DNA of 64,000 bases from Candidatus Thorarchaeota archaeon. GTDB taxonomy: Archaea > Asgardarchaeota > Thorarchaeia > Thorarchaeales > Thorarchaeaceae. Shown one piece after another: positions 1-10,768 of the stretch. Both the position numbers and the translations under genes were made by a program. Position 1 is the first letter of the stretch, and every line of letters begins with the position of its first letter. The stretch lies in NCBI GenBank assembly GCA_046482545.1, contig JAWOEX010000028.1, positions 160,001-224,000 of the forward strand. The letters are read 5' to 3'. Under the pieces are notes generated by a model, which saw only the letters and a program-made list of their open reading frames with translations, was not told the DNA's origin and ran no database searches.

Positions 1-48
1 GCCATAATCCTTTGTCAATCCATCAATTGTAATCACAGTATCAGTCAA
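1..48 (-). CDS. 5' end of a probable ABC transporter ATP-binding protein (partial, runs off window)
   Basis: GGAGG RBS, then TTG start at 48 giving MTDTVITIDGLTKDYG, the typical ABC ATPase N-terminus (I.I.GLTK.YG). Not in the ORF track. Confidence 0.6.
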   Translation of the reverse strand, partial: MTDTVITIDGLTKDYG

Positions 49-83
49 TAGATATCCTCCACTTTTTTGTTGAAATGAATGAA

Positions 84-326
84 CTATCTTGTGGCTCCAA
101 TCTCGTCAAGACCGCTTCTTATGCATTCCATCCTCTCAATTACGTCGCCAAGGCACTCTTTAAGATGCTCAAGTCGCGCTTCCTCTGACATCTCTTTGTG
201 ATGTTCAGAATCTCCGCAATTGCATTTACCCACTTTATATCCTGGAAATGAAGTTTTACCCAGACAATATAAACTCGCGCTAAGGACATCTGCAGTTCCT
301 TCGACATGTTGAAGAGCTCTTGCCAT
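84..326 (-). CDS. Small hypothetical protein (CxC, helical C-terminus)
   Basis: 80-aa ORF, co-oriented and just upstream of the ABC ATPase start; no recognisable motif. Confidence 0.3.
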   Translation of the reverse strand: MARALQHVEGTADVLSASLYCLGKTSFPGYKVGKCNCGDSEHHKEMSEEARLEHLKECLGDVIERMECIRSGLDEIGATR

Positions 327-409
327 TTGACTACACTTGGTGGCTGTCCAGATACCCGGGAACTAGCAGTCATCTCGGATGGAATTCTTGCACAGGCTCG
401 TATCGACGC

Positions 410-630
410 CCATCATTGCTGGAAGAACTAGTTGAGAAAATCAGACAATTCGTGATATCGAAGTAGAGGCGGGTATCAAAGAGACTGATTCAGACCTTTG
501 AGACGTGATGTTCGATCCCTCAATGATGTATGGGTCGCCCTCTACTCCACTCCTAGGTCACCCCTCAGTCAAAGTCGGCATCAGAGATTATCATAATAGG
601 AGCAAGTTCTTCCTATGTGACACGGGCAGC
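410..630 (-). pseudogene. Decayed N-terminal fragment of a GWPGSG-cap beta-helix surface protein
   Basis: Across frameshifts and stops it reads APIMIISDADFD / G*PRSGVEGDPYIIEGSNITS / FDTRLYFDITNCLI. This matches PILIDEESDFEAQGWPGSGTESSPYVISDLNIT...NTDSYFVIKDCYL in the intact gene at 25005. Confidence 0.7.
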
Positions 631-674
631 TACTACACAAAAAATAAGGGCAGTCTCGGTAACGTGAGGATGAA

Positions 675-1823
675 ATGCCAGACAAACTAGCCTATCCGTA
701 CTCTGACGAACTCCTCCACTACGAGTTCAGCAAAACTCACCCACTCAAACCCGAACGATTAAAGCTCACCTATCTGCTCACCAGAATGAAGGGATTGCTT
801 GAGTACGTAGAGGTTATCAGACCGCGGGTAGCTTCAAGAAGCGATTTAGAGCTGTTTCATACTAGCGATTTCATTGAAGCGGTGAAGAAGTGTAGTGTTG
901 GGAAGTGCAGAAATGCGCGCTATGGTCTTGGTATTGCTGATAATCCTGTATTTCCCAAAATCTACGAGGCGGCATCACGTTACGTTGGTGCAACCCTTGA
1001 AGGGATGAAGCAGATAATAAAGGGATGTGGACGGGCATTCTGTATTTCTGGGGGTCTTCATCACGCCCAGAGGAGTGAAGCTGCTGGATTCTGCATATTC
1101 AACGACGTCGTCATCGCCATTAAACATCTACTACAGAAAAAAGACTGCAAAGTACTATACTTCGATTTTGATGCTCACCATGGTGATGGTGTACAAAACG
1201 CGTTTTATCGCCAAAAGAACGTGCTGACTATCTCAGTACACCAAACTGGGAAGACTTTGTTTCCAGGAACGGGATACGTCTACGAGATAGGCGGTGGTGA
1301 TGGCCTTGGCTATTCAGTCAATATTCCGCTCCTACCAGGTGCTGGTTCATCAGAGCTCATCAAAGTGCTGAAAGAAGTTGTTGTTCCCCTTTTCGAGTCA
1401 TATGAACCTGCCCTTCTGGTCACCCAGCTGGGAGTCGACGGTCACTATATGGATCCATTGGCGCATCTGGCATATACGACATATGGCTACGAGGTTGTTT
1501 TAAACAAGCTCAAGGAGCTGCAGGAAGAATACTGTAACTTGGGATGGCTAGCGGTCGGCGGTGGAGGTTACAACCCGATTAACGTTGCACGCCTTTGGAC
1601 CTTGTTCCTCTCAATAATGCTGGGGCAAGGTATTACTTCAGATATTCCCCCCAGATTCAAGAAAGAGTGCTCAAATCTGGGATTTGACCAGTTTCCAACG
1701 TCTATGCGAGATGATGAAGAGGTTGTCCAAATGTACAACTCCAGAGACAAGATTGAGCTGGACTTGGAGAGGACGCTGAGACGGGTGCGAGAGATGGTCT
1801 TCCCATATCACGGGCTGGAGTAG
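675..1823 (+). CDS. acuC: Histone deacetylase family / acetoin utilization protein AcuC-like
   Basis: HPLKPERL, GGLHHA, GFCIFND, DFDAHHGDGVQ, FPGTG, QLGVDGH..DPL and GGGGY motifs all present. Confidence 0.93.
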   Translation: MPDKLAYPYSDELLHYEFSKTHPLKPERLKLTYLLTRMKGLLEYVEVIRPRVASRSDLELFHTSDFIEAVKKCSVGKCRNARYGLGIADNPVFPKIYEAASRYVGATLEGMKQIIKGCGRAFCISGGLHHAQRSEAAGFCIFNDVVIAIKHLLQKKDCKVLYFDFDAHHGDGVQNAFYRQKNVLTISVHQTGKTLFPGTGYVYEIGGGDGLGYSVNIPLLPGAGSSELIKVLKEVVVPLFESYEPALLVTQLGVDGHYMDPLAHLAYTTYGYEVVLNKLKELQEEYCNLGWLAVGGGGYNPINVARLWTLFLSIMLGQGITSDIPPRFKKECSNLGFDQFPTSMRDDEEVVQMYNSRDKIELDLERTLRRVREMVFPYHGLE

Positions 1824-1824
1824 C

Positions 1825-2433
1825 TTATTGAATCCGGGTATCAATCCATTTCTTAACCATCTTGGTTGCGAGATCAGAAGCAGCAGCCATGATGACGGAA
1901 TCAGCATCTTCCGAAAGTAGGGATGTTGGGTCGACTCCAGATCGCGCCATTCGTAAGAGTGCGGGTAAGCAGAGAAGACCAAGAGCTTCTATGACTTGAG
2001 AGGGAGTCTCTCCAGTAACAATCAATTCGTCGCCCAGAATTTCGACAGGCAAGAGCTTTGAATCAGGATCCAGTAACTCCACGAGAGGTTCTTCAGGGCA
2101 TCTGATTCTCACATCTGAATCAGTGCATCCTTTGTACACAACTGATTCGCCTCCAGTGAACGCGAAAGTGTACTGTTGGGACGTATCTACTGTCTCGAAA
2201 CAGATATCCAAATCTCGAAAGGAATCCTCAGCCAGATGCATATAGTGCTCAAACTTGGAATCGGACATACTGTCCAATGCTGTGGCATCTTCAATACTGA
2301 CATTCATTGCAGCTTTGCAGCCGTCAACCACAGGCCCCAGATATTCCATAAGCATGTAGGAGTCTTCATTTGCCTCGGCGGATAGTGATTTCAGACTTGA
2401 TTTCAGACTCGTAGGCTTTTCAGACTCATTCAA
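1825..2433 (-). CDS. Hypothetical protein, possible SCP2-like (lipid/sterol carrier) fold
   Basis: Acidic 202-aa ORF; segment VYKGCTDSDVRIRCPEEPLVELLDP...LIVTG resembles the SCP2 pattern (weak). Confidence 0.5.
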   Translation of the reverse strand: MNESEKPTSLKSSLKSLSAEANEDSYMLMEYLGPVVDGCKAAMNVSIEDATALDSMSDSKFEHYMHLAEDSFRDLDICFETVDTSQQYTFAFTGGESVVYKGCTDSDVRIRCPEEPLVELLDPDSKLLPVEILGDELIVTGETPSQVIEALGLLCLPALLRMARSGVDPTSLLSEDADSVIMAAASDLATKMVKKWIDTRIQ

Positions 2434-2499
2434 AGTGATTCACGACTCGATTACAGTATTACACACATTGTTTATCAATCATTGCGCCCAGTAGGGCAT

Positions 2500-3255
2500 A
2501 TGACCACCGATATCCACACCCACTTGGGAAGAAACCGAATGGAATACACCGAGGTGGATAAGCACAATCTAGCCGAAGTCGTGGATACACATGTACGGTA
2601 CATGGACCTGTTTGGTATCGAAACGGCGGTGCTGACACCTGTCGAGCCCAATATCCCGACCAGTCTTTACAAAGAAGCCGCAGCAATATATCCAGACCGG
2701 TTTTTCTGGGCCTGTTCCATACCGCCAAGACCTATGGACCGCGCAGATAAAAAGCTTAGTCGATACCAAGATGAGGGTTGCATCGCCATTGTTCTTGACG
2801 AATCGCAGTACCATCCTAATGACCCAGCAGTAGATGTCCTCATCCAGAAAGCAATCCAATTCGATTTGCCTGTTTTTTTCCGCCAAGACGCAGTAACATC
2901 CCAAACTGCATCGTTTATTGATGAAGTATCTAGAACACATGAAAAGGGCAATTTCGTTATCCTGAAAATGGGAGGCATATTTGGCTTTCATAATGTCTTG
3001 CCCATGATAAGAAGAAAGAATATCTGGCTGGAAATATCAGTTACCCTCCCGCGCTTGGTTGAATCTCCCCTTCGAGTCTTTCTTGATGCGCTTATTCAAG
3101 ACGAGGGGATCCGGAGTCTTGTCTATGGCTCTGAGCACTGGAGTGAATACTCTAATCTCTCTGCAGCGATGAACATGATTGATCTCAATATCGAAACTAA
3201 TCGTGCCATAAGAAAGCAGAACGCAAGAGAGATTATTGGATTGTTTGCTTACTAG
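2500..3255 (+). CDS. Amidohydrolase family (Amidohydro_2-like) protein with degenerate metal site
   Basis: DIHTH at beta1, YPDRFF, LPVFF, NIWLEIS, LVYGSE and NAREI motifs. ATG 2500 preferred over the ORF start at 2482. Confidence 0.8.
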   Translation: MTTDIHTHLGRNRMEYTEVDKHNLAEVVDTHVRYMDLFGIETAVLTPVEPNIPTSLYKEAAAIYPDRFFWACSIPPRPMDRADKKLSRYQDEGCIAIVLDESQYHPNDPAVDVLIQKAIQFDLPVFFRQDAVTSQTASFIDEVSRTHEKGNFVILKMGGIFGFHNVLPMIRRKNIWLEISVTLPRLVESPLRVFLDALIQDEGIRSLVYGSEHWSEYSNLSAAMNMIDLNIETNRAIRKQNAREIIGLFAY

Positions 3256-3331
3256 ACCAGAGAGTGTGAAGAATAGCTACGAGAGAATGTTCCATTCATT
3301 TGCTCAAAATTTTCTGAGACATAATGTACTA

Positions 3332-3670
3332 CTATTGAATATCAGCACCACAATGAGGAATACTATCCCGAAGAATCTCAGCTAGCTCACTTCGGGTTGG
3401 GAGGCCAGTAATCTGCGTATTTCCAACAACGAGCGTGGGCAAGGCAAGTATGTTTTGTTCTTCGCAGTCTTTGATAGATTGCATTCTCACTTTGATTCTA
3501 TGCCCATAAGAGGATATCTCTTGAGCTACATTCTGCACCAGTCTCATTGTTTCGTCATGAAACATACAGGTGTCGTTAGTAAAAACGTGTAGCTCGATTA
3601 GGTCTTCACCTCTGCTGTATTCGACGGGATGCAGCTTTTTCGGCAGGTGAACTGATGATTCCATTCTCAT
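3332..3670 (-). CDS. Thioredoxin/glutaredoxin-fold protein with CxxH instead of CxxC
   Basis: LHVFTNDTCMFH at the active-site position; cis-Pro loop ALPTLVVG; ITGLPT. Confidence 0.7.
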   Translation of the reverse strand: MRMESSVHLPKKLHPVEYSRGEDLIELHVFTNDTCMFHDETMRLVQNVAQEISSYGHRIKVRMQSIKDCEEQNILALPTLVVGNTQITGLPTRSELAEILRDSIPHCGADIQ

Positions 3671-3687
3671 GGTGATGCTCTCCGTTT

Positions 3688-3921
3688 CTATTCAGCGAAC
3701 TTAGGCGGTTTAAGGCGGATTTGCTGTTTGATGGAATGCACAGCGCGCAATGGGATGGTTTCCCAGCTCATGTTGTTGTTGGTACTTGATGGGCGTTCAA
3801 CGATAACCAATGGGCCATGCTCTTCATCATACCAGACTCGCTTTACTCGACCTATTGGAAAACCTCGAAAATCGCAGACAAGCTTATTCTTTAGAAGCCA
3901 GTTAGTGTCGTCGTTCTTCAT
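3688..3921 (-). CDS. PRC-barrel domain protein
   Basis: L.NK.VCD.RG.PIGRVKRVWYD and IPLRAVHSIKQQIRLK match the PRC-barrel pattern. Confidence 0.75.
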   Translation of the reverse strand: MKNDDTNWLLKNKLVCDFRGFPIGRVKRVWYDEEHGPLVIVERPSSTNNNMSWETIPLRAVHSIKQQIRLKPPKFAE

Positions 3922-4006
3922 TGCTCCTCAATCATTTGCATGAGGAACAAGACTAAGAGCCTATGTAAGACCCGGATTAGTTCGACATAACACTCGGTCT
4001 AAGCTC

Positions 4007-4588
4007 TTAATCTCCTATTTCCTGCTCATAGCCCCAGTCGACTATGGCTTCCTCCCCTGTTCCTAAGAGATTGCCACCCACGCAGTATCCGACAATACAC
4101 ATCACCAGCCCAATGATGTTCAGAGAACCCCCTGTCACGATAAAGAGACGTGAATCGCTAATCTGTTTGTAGCCGATGTCTATAATCGTTGGACCATCAA
4201 TATTGGCAAGGAGTATTGTGTAATTCCCAGGTTCCAGATCTATGGTCTCTCTATCAACATACTTCGGCGGATCGCTATCTTCTATTCTGTCTTGTTCATC
4301 CAACGTCATATTGATTATTTTTGTCTCGGAAGTTGCGTTATTAGTAATCAGGAAATCCACATACATGATATTGGAACTGACATTCTCAGCGTTAATGCTG
4401 ACTGATACTTCAAACTCTGGATAGTAGCCAGGACGGTCCCAGATTTCGAAAGTGCCAACATGCCCTTCTCTAGCCATCAGCCCCACATAGTGATACGGGG
4501 CCATCAGCACGATTGCTCCACCAAAGAGGATTACAAAGGCACCGCCAAAATACAAAAAGGCCTTCAGCTTGTTAATCCGACTACTCAT
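4007..4588 (-). CDS. Membrane protein (N- and C-terminal TM, beta-rich extracellular loop)
   Basis: Two hydrophobic helices flank a beta-rich domain with NxS/T sequons. Confidence 0.75.
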   Translation of the reverse strand: MSSRINKLKAFLYFGGAFVILFGGAIVLMAPYHYVGLMAREGHVGTFEIWDRPGYYPEFEVSVSINAENVSSNIMYVDFLITNNATSETKIINMTLDEQDRIEDSDPPKYVDRETIDLEPGNYTILLANIDGPTIIDIGYKQISDSRLFIVTGGSLNIIGLVMCIVGYCVGGNLLGTGEEAIVDWGYEQEIGD

Positions 4589-4847
4589 CGGTATTCATGA
4601 GGTTAGGTGTAAGTAGCAGTTATAATTTTAGTGAACCCCGTGACGTAACCTTCAAGCTAGATAGACCCCTTTGCTATATTCAACAAAGGAGTATGATTAT
4701 AGTATCCCAAGAAGTTTTGGTATAATGCATTCGAAGGAGACCAGTTTACTGCTATTTCCTTTTGTGACAGACTCGACGCAAACGTAGACCGTAGCCTTTA
4801 TAGGCCATTCTTGTCGGGGAAATGATGTAAAGCTGGTGTGACCGGAA

Positions 4848-5237
4848 ATGTGGTTTGAAATAATGCTCATTCCTTTTATAGTTGTAATGTTCCTATTCGT
4901 AGTCTTTTTCATCGTGCAAGAAGGTACCACTTGGCAGAAACATCCGTACCTCGGTCCGTTTGCCAGATTCATTCAGGCTTCAGCAGCCCGAGGCTTCTTT
5001 ACATTTTTCGCTCTAACGATTTTGAGTATACCGACACTTTTTGGCGTGATGCAGGGATACTGGCTTGATCGCTTCATTAGTGGTAACTTACCAAGCAACA
5101 ACGTATTCGTAGTGAATACTCTTCTCATCATGTTCCTCATCTTGGCCATGATGTTGCCAGTCATGTGGGGTAGGTTCAGAGCGTGGCGGCAAGCTGTCAG
5201 AGCCAAGTCAGGAGTTACAGTCCGTTCATCGGCCTAA
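4848..5237 (+). CDS. Small 3-TM membrane protein
   Basis: Three hydrophobic segments and a basic tail. Confidence 0.75.
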   Translation: MWFEIMLIPFIVVMFLFVVFFIVQEGTTWQKHPYLGPFARFIQASAARGFFTFFALTILSIPTLFGVMQGYWLDRFISGNLPSNNVFVVNTLLIMFLILAMMLPVMWGRFRAWRQAVRAKSGVTVRSSA

Positions 5238-5567
5238 AGAGCTTGGCTATTCCAGCCCGCTTCCCGCCCGTATGGTCAAATACTTATCGTAAGTAGCTCA
5301 AAACGAATCGGGCCCACCAGCTGCTTACCAATCTGAGAATCTACACCAGAATTCAAAGCATTTCTATTTCATAACTGGAAACTGTACTTAGCTCCATTCA
5401 ACTGATGCTCAGAAAAACCCATGGAAACCCACTTCTTTCTTCGATATCAATAATCGCATCACTAGGAGAGCCAAGCCAACTTCACATTCAAGATTCTCGG
5501 CACGTAGTTGATGGCAAATGTTTATCTGTAACCGTTAACAATTGTTAAAAGGTAGCGGAGATATATT

Positions 5568-7670
5568 ATGACTGCTAGAAGGAAGAAGAGAGCAAATCAT
5601 CTCATCAACGAAAAGAGCCCGTATCTGCAACAACACGCATACAATCCAGTAGACTGGTATCCTTGGAGCAGCAAAGCATTCGAGAAGGCCAAGAAGAAGG
5701 ACATACCCATTTTCCTGTCTATTGGTTATTCAACATGTCATTGGTGCCACATTATGGAAGAGGAGTCCTTCGAGGATGAAGAAGTTGCGAAGCTGCTAAA
5801 CAAGCATTTTGTTAATATCAAAGTTGACCGTGAGGAGAGACCCGATATTGACAGTCTGTATATGCAGGTAGCTCAGATGATGACCGGTAGGGGAGGATGG
5901 CCTCTCACCATAATCATGACGCCTGATAAAGAACCCTTTTTCGCCGCTACGTATATCCCGAAGGAATCCGCTCGGGGAGCGCTCGGTATGGTCGATCTCC
6001 TGCCAAGGCTTGCTGAAATCTATGAATCTGAAGATGATAGAATAGAATCAATCACTGCCAAGGTGAAAACTCGCCTGAACAAGGTACAAGAGAAAATACA
6101 GGATGATACACCAGACAGAGAAGTCATTGAAGCCGCTACAAGTCGCCTCTCAAGGGCATTTGACGAAAAGAACGGAGGCTTTGGCAGCGCACCTAAATTT
6201 CCATCGGCTCAGAACCTCATGCTCCTGCTTAGATCCTGGAAAGAGACAGGAGAGGAAAGGCATCTTCACATGGTTGAAAAGACGCTACAGCAGATGAGGA
6301 AAGGGGGGATTTATGATCAGATTGGCTTTGGTTTCCATAGATATTCTACAGACAAGGACTGGCTACGACCTCATTTTGAAAAGATGCTCTATGATCAAGC
6401 GATGCTGGCCTATGTTCTAATCGAGACATATCAGGCTACAAAAGACAGATTCTATGCAGAGGTAGCCTCTGAAACAATTGAATACGTTTTGAGAGAAATG
6501 ACATCAGATGAAGGAGGGTTCTTCTCGGCTCAAGATGCTGATAGTGACGGTGAAGAAGGGAAGTACTATGTTTGGACATTTGATGAGATACGCTCTCTCT
6601 TGGAGAATCACGAGTTCAAGGTTGCTGTCAAGCTCTACGGAATTAAGAAAAAGGGCAACTACTTGGATGACTCTACGCACAGGAGAACAGGCAAGAATAT
6701 CCTGCATATAAACAAAGAGGCCAAAGAAGTAGCAGCGGACTTGGATAGGGATAGGCAGGAAATTAACAGAATAATTCAATCAATAAATTCGAAACTTCTT
6801 GCCCACAGAAAAGAAAGGATTCCCCCCCATACAGATGATAAGATACTGACAGACTGGAACGGACTCATGATTGCAGCAATGGCGAAAGCGGGTCGAGTTT
6901 TGAAGAACTCGGAATATGTTCAGGCTGCTCGAAAGGCGGCAGACTTCATTATCGAAGAGCTAAGAACAGAGGAAGGCGGATTGCATCATCGCTACCGTGA
7001 CTCTCAGGCAGCGATTGATGCATTTTCTGGAGACTACGCATTTCTGCTGTGGGGTTTAATGGAGCTCTTTGAAAGCACCTATGACCCGAATTACCTCTCA
7101 GTGGCTAGACAACTGCTCAGCTTCATGAAAGCACATTTCTGGGATAGCAATGGTGGAGGGTTCTTCTTGAGTGCAGACTTCTCGGAATCTCTCTTAACAA
7201 GACAAAAGCCTACGTCTGATGGTTCAATTCCTTCAGCCAATTCAGTTGCATCTTTTGTCTTTATCCGCCTTGCCAGACTACTCGGGGACGTAGAGCTGGA
7301 AAAAGTGGGTGAAAAGACCTTGAAAGCCTCTGCTAGGCAAATTGAGAGGGCGCCTAGCTCGCACACGATGATGCTTGTAGCTCTGAATTACCTACTCGGG
7401 CCATCAAGGGAAGTGGTCATAGTCGGACCCCATGTTAGCTCAGATCTGCTGGAGATGATTGATGCTATCGAACAGGAATTCTTCCCAGCTGTATCGGTAA
7501 TCGTGAAGAGCGATTCAGCTGTTTCAGAACAGCTAGCGGAGCTTGCACCCTTCACAAAGCATTTTGAATCCATTAACTCGCAGCCAACAGCTCACGTTTG
7601 CATTAATCAGAATTGCAAGCTCCCGACGACCGATAAAGAAAAGATGCTGTCAATTTTGAAAGAAGGCTAA
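5568..7670 (+). CDS. yyaL: Thioredoxin domain / six-hairpin glycosidase-like protein (YyaL/SPATA20/DUF255 family)
   Basis: [93 protein letters not shown]. Confidence 0.95.
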   Translation: MTARRKKRANHLINEKSPYLQQHAYNPVDWYPWSSKAFEKAKKKDIPIFLSIGYSTCHWCHIMEEESFEDEEVAKLLNKHFVNIKVDREERPDIDSLYMQVAQMMTGRGGWPLTIIMTPDKEPFFAATYIPKESARGALGMVDLLPRLAEIYESEDDRIESITAKVKTRLNKVQEKIQDDTPDREVIEAATSRLSRAFDEKNGGFGSAPKFPSAQNLMLLLRSWKETGEERHLHMVEKTLQQMRKGGIYDQIGFGFHRYSTDKDWLRPHFEKMLYDQAMLAYVLIETYQATKDRFYAEVASETIEYVLREMTSDEGGFFSAQDADSDGEEGKYYVWTFDEIRSLLENHEFKVAVKLYGIKKKGNYLDDSTHRRTGKNILHINKEAKEVAADLDRDRQEINRIIQSINSKLLAHRKERIPPHTDDKILTDWNGLMIAAMAKAGRVLKNSEYVQAARKAADFIIEELRTEEGGLHHRYRDSQAAIDAFSGDYAFLLWGLMELFESTYDPNYLSVARQLLSFMKAHFWDSNGGGFFLSADFSESLLTRQKPTSDGSIPSANSVASFVFIRLARLLGDVELEKVGEKTLKASARQIERAPSSHTMMLVALNYLLGPSREVVIVGPHVSSDLLEMIDAIEQEFFPAVSVIVKSDSAVSEQLAELAPFTKHFESINSQPTAHVCINQNCKLPTTDKEKMLSILKEG

Positions 7671-7919
7671 TGGCGACGAAACGGATAGGACAATTCATCC
7701 AAAGAGTGGGAGTTTCAGCAACTACACAAGGTATATTGGATATCTCAAGACTCCAAATGTGAATGAGGTAAGTATGCTGGCAACAACTGAAAGGAATTGT
7801 TCATCTTAGCATGAAGAGCCATATCGAAGAATCAAAGGAAGGTCGTGGTATGCTTCAATGAGAAATCTCCGAAAGAGTGACCCCCAAAAAAAAGAAATTC
7901 GCGTTCCCCGTACCAACCT

Positions 7920-8460
7920 ACTTCCTAGCGAAATACATCGTAATTGTAAGAAATCCATTTAGTCATGTCACTCCTCTAGCCAAGCAGGATATCGTTTTGG
8001 AAAACCTGAGGCATGAAAATCCACTATTACGAGATTGGACGAAAATCATTGGGCATAGAGATCTCGGCAAATTTGTATCAACTTAGATGATTCGGATACT
8101 GTCGAATCAATTCGGAACCTTTGGAATCACAAGGATACGTACATCAGTGGATGGGCTTTGTACTGGAAGCATATCTATTTGTACATTGACGATAGATCAC
8201 GAGATGATAAGAGCCTAAGAGACAATTCGTTGGTTGTAAAATATGCGGAGTTGTGTGGTTCGCCAGAAGATACAATTGATGACATCTTCGGCCATATAGA
8301 CATACTCGATGAGAATTTCGAAAGAGTGAAAGGAACGTACCAGAGAGTATTACACGAACCCTCATACTATAGTGTGAAATTCTCTGATAAGGAGAAGAAG
8401 GATATCATTGAGACCGCTAATGCCGAAGCAGAAACCTTTGGGTATTCGATTGGAAGGTAA
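7920..8460 (+). pseudogene. Truncated, frameshifted sulfotransferase
   Basis: KYIVIVRNPFSHV (3'-PB motif) in one frame. After a shift near 8060-8070 it continues ICINLDD...GWALYW...VVKYAELCGSPEDTIDDIF. The N-terminal 5'-PSB motif is absent. Confidence 0.65.
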
Positions 8461-8607
8461 TCCAGTTCCTAATTGCTTAAGGCAAGATTGAGACGAATAT
8501 TGCTTGAAGAGTATGGATTAATTATCCCAGTTTTTTGACTACGAACACCAGCCTTAATACTTGGGTCCATGAGTTCGCATCTGCGATTCTTTGGATGACG
8601 AGCCAGA

Positions 8608-10767
8608 GTGCTGATTTCAATGACGAGTGAGAGATTCACCATAATGGCGTTCTTTCTAATAATGATGGGGCTGCTTCCGGGAATGCAGATTCTCACCTCC
8701 GGCAATCCACAGGTCATGGCAATCCATAGTATGGAGAATCATGTTGCCGATTCGAATTTCCCCCGCATATATCATGAAGGAACAGTTGAAAGCATAGAGA
8801 CCATAGAATACCAGTCAATTGAAGAGGCATTGATAGCGTTGAATGATGGTGAGATAGATATCTACGGTCATCCCATCAATGCATCAGATTATGCACTTGT
8901 TGATTCATACACAAATATCGAAAAGCAGTGGGCACATGATAACTGGATTTACACTTTGGCCATCAATACGAGATTCTATCCTCTCGGAAGCACGTATCTC
9001 CGAAGGGCTATCGCCTATGGAATTTCCAAGATTGACATTGTAGAGGTGGCCATGAATGGTACGGTTGATGCTGTGGATTTTGCCGTTCCACTGAATAACG
9101 AATACTCGATAGAAGGAGAAGAAGGAGGGCGCTACTACGAAGACGATTTAGCCAATGCAACAGACATGCTGGCTCTAGCAGGGATGCTGGACGTTGATGA
9201 CGACGGGATGGTTGAAGCACCAAATGGTAGCGATCTTTGTTTGAATCTGTGGTATCCCTCCGATGTATCAGGTCTCTCAGACACGGCATCTTTGATTTCA
9301 GATGATTTGTTTGCCATTGGCATCAATAACACTCTCATTGGTATGGATCAGTCAGTCCTGCAATCTGAAATCAGGAACCATAACCTAACCTATAGCCTTG
9401 CACTCTATCACCAAGAATTTCCTCCTTTCAGCCTTGAATGGATTTCAACTACATTCAAAGAGGAAAACTGGCTGGTGCCGGGAGAAAATATTGCTAATAT
9501 CGATAGTAGTGAACTGAACAATATAGCAGATGAATACGATGATAATCTAGATCTTTCTCAAGCAGGAAAAATCGGTCAAGATGCAATGAGAACTGTGAGA
9601 AATCTCTGCCCAGTTGTTCCCCTTTTTGAAGGGCGTTGGCTTTCTGTATATTCTGAAGACAATTTCAACGGTTGGTTAAACGAAACCAATAGCGGAAGCT
9701 ATAGCATATGGAATCCCGTATCAGTTCAGCCAATTGGTAGCCGAAATGAGCTACGGATAGGAGTGCTTCCTTCGTTCTTCGATGATTTTTTTGTATCAGT
9801 CAATCCATTTGAGGGAAACCCTACAATAGATCACAACTGGATCAGTCGAAACTGCTTTAATCCATACATGCTTGTTTTCGATAGCCCTCTTGCCACATTA
9901 CCAAATGGCGAGGCTGTACCCAGACATGCTACATCGTGGGAGATGTTTTTCGTAGGACAGGTTCCTCAAATCAACAAAACCCAGTCCAGAGCCAGGTACT
10001 ATTTGAGTCCCTCTGCAAATTGGACCGATGGGAAGCAGTTTGACGCGCAAGACTATAGCTTCACCTTCGCCTATTATGGAAACTATTCTCTGGTAGAAAA
10101 CCCTGAATTGATTGAGAAAGTAAAGGTAACAGGAAATTACAGAGCTGGTATAACATATAATGCACCGGACATATTTGCATATCGTAAACTGGGTGAGTTG
10201 CCAATTCTTCCTAGTCACATAATTGAAGGAATGGCCCCAGACAGCTGGAATCTTACGGATAGTAGTTTGGTTGGCTCAGGCCCATACATGATTTCTGATT
10301 TTATCCCTGGAGAATCGCTGACTTTAGAGAGAAATCCGGATTATTATCCCGAGGTTGATATTCAAGCGCCAACACTCAAATCCAAAACAATTGTTCCCCA
10401 GGATCCAATACCAACTGAAAGTGTGCTCATTCGGGTACTTATCGATGATAAGAGTCGATTGACCAGTGTTACGCTTGACTACATCTACGAAGTTGGTTCT
10501 ATAAACTTCACCGAGCACCAAGCCATGATTGAGACTGCTGCCGGGTTTGAAGGAACAATCCCAGCTCGATCAACAGCTAACTCGGTATACTATGAAATAA
10601 CCGCTACTGATTCATGGGGTAACTCAGCTGTTGTTCTAGAGGGTTCATATAGCCGCATCACAGATGATGAGAATAATGAGCTACAAGGTGACCTTTTGAT
10701 CACGATGGGGGTCATTGGAGTGGTAGTGATAGTCGTCGTGGCGACAGTATTGAGACGCAGGCAGTAA
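8608..10767 (+). CDS. ABC transporter substrate-binding protein, family 5 (peptide/nickel), circularly permuted, with Ig-like stalk and C-terminal TM anchor
   Basis: ALNDGEID, LRRAIAYGI, WTDGKQFDAQD, VGSGPY and LERNPDYY motifs; signal peptide; C-terminal TM followed by RRRQ. Confidence 0.85.
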   Translation: MLISMTSERFTIMAFFLIMMGLLPGMQILTSGNPQVMAIHSMENHVADSNFPRIYHEGTVESIETIEYQSIEEALIALNDGEIDIYGHPINASDYALVDSYTNIEKQWAHDNWIYTLAINTRFYPLGSTYLRRAIAYGISKIDIVEVAMNGTVDAVDFAVPLNNEYSIEGEEGGRYYEDDLANATDMLALAGMLDVDDDGMVEAPNGSDLCLNLWYPSDVSGLSDTASLISDDLFAIGINNTLIGMDQSVLQSEIRNHNLTYSLALYHQEFPPFSLEWISTTFKEENWLVPGENIANIDSSELNNIADEYDDNLDLSQAGKIGQDAMRTVRNLCPVVPLFEGRWLSVYSEDNFNGWLNETNSGSYSIWNPVSVQPIGSRNELRIGVLPSFFDDFFVSVNPFEGNPTIDHNWISRNCFNPYMLVFDSPLATLPNGEAVPRHATSWEMFFVGQVPQINKTQSRARYYLSPSANWTDGKQFDAQDYSFTFAYYGNYSLVENPELIEKVKVTGNYRAGITYNAPDIFAYRKLGELPILPSHIIEGMAPDSWNLTDSSLVGSGPYMISDFIPGESLTLERNPDYYPEVDIQAPTLKSKTIVPQDPIPTESVLIRVLIDDKSRLTSVTLDYIYEVGSINFTEHQAMIETAAGFEGTIPARSTANSVYYEITATDSWGNSAVVLEGSYSRITDDENNELQGDLLITMGVIGVVVIVVVATVLRRRQ

Positions 10768-10768
10768 T

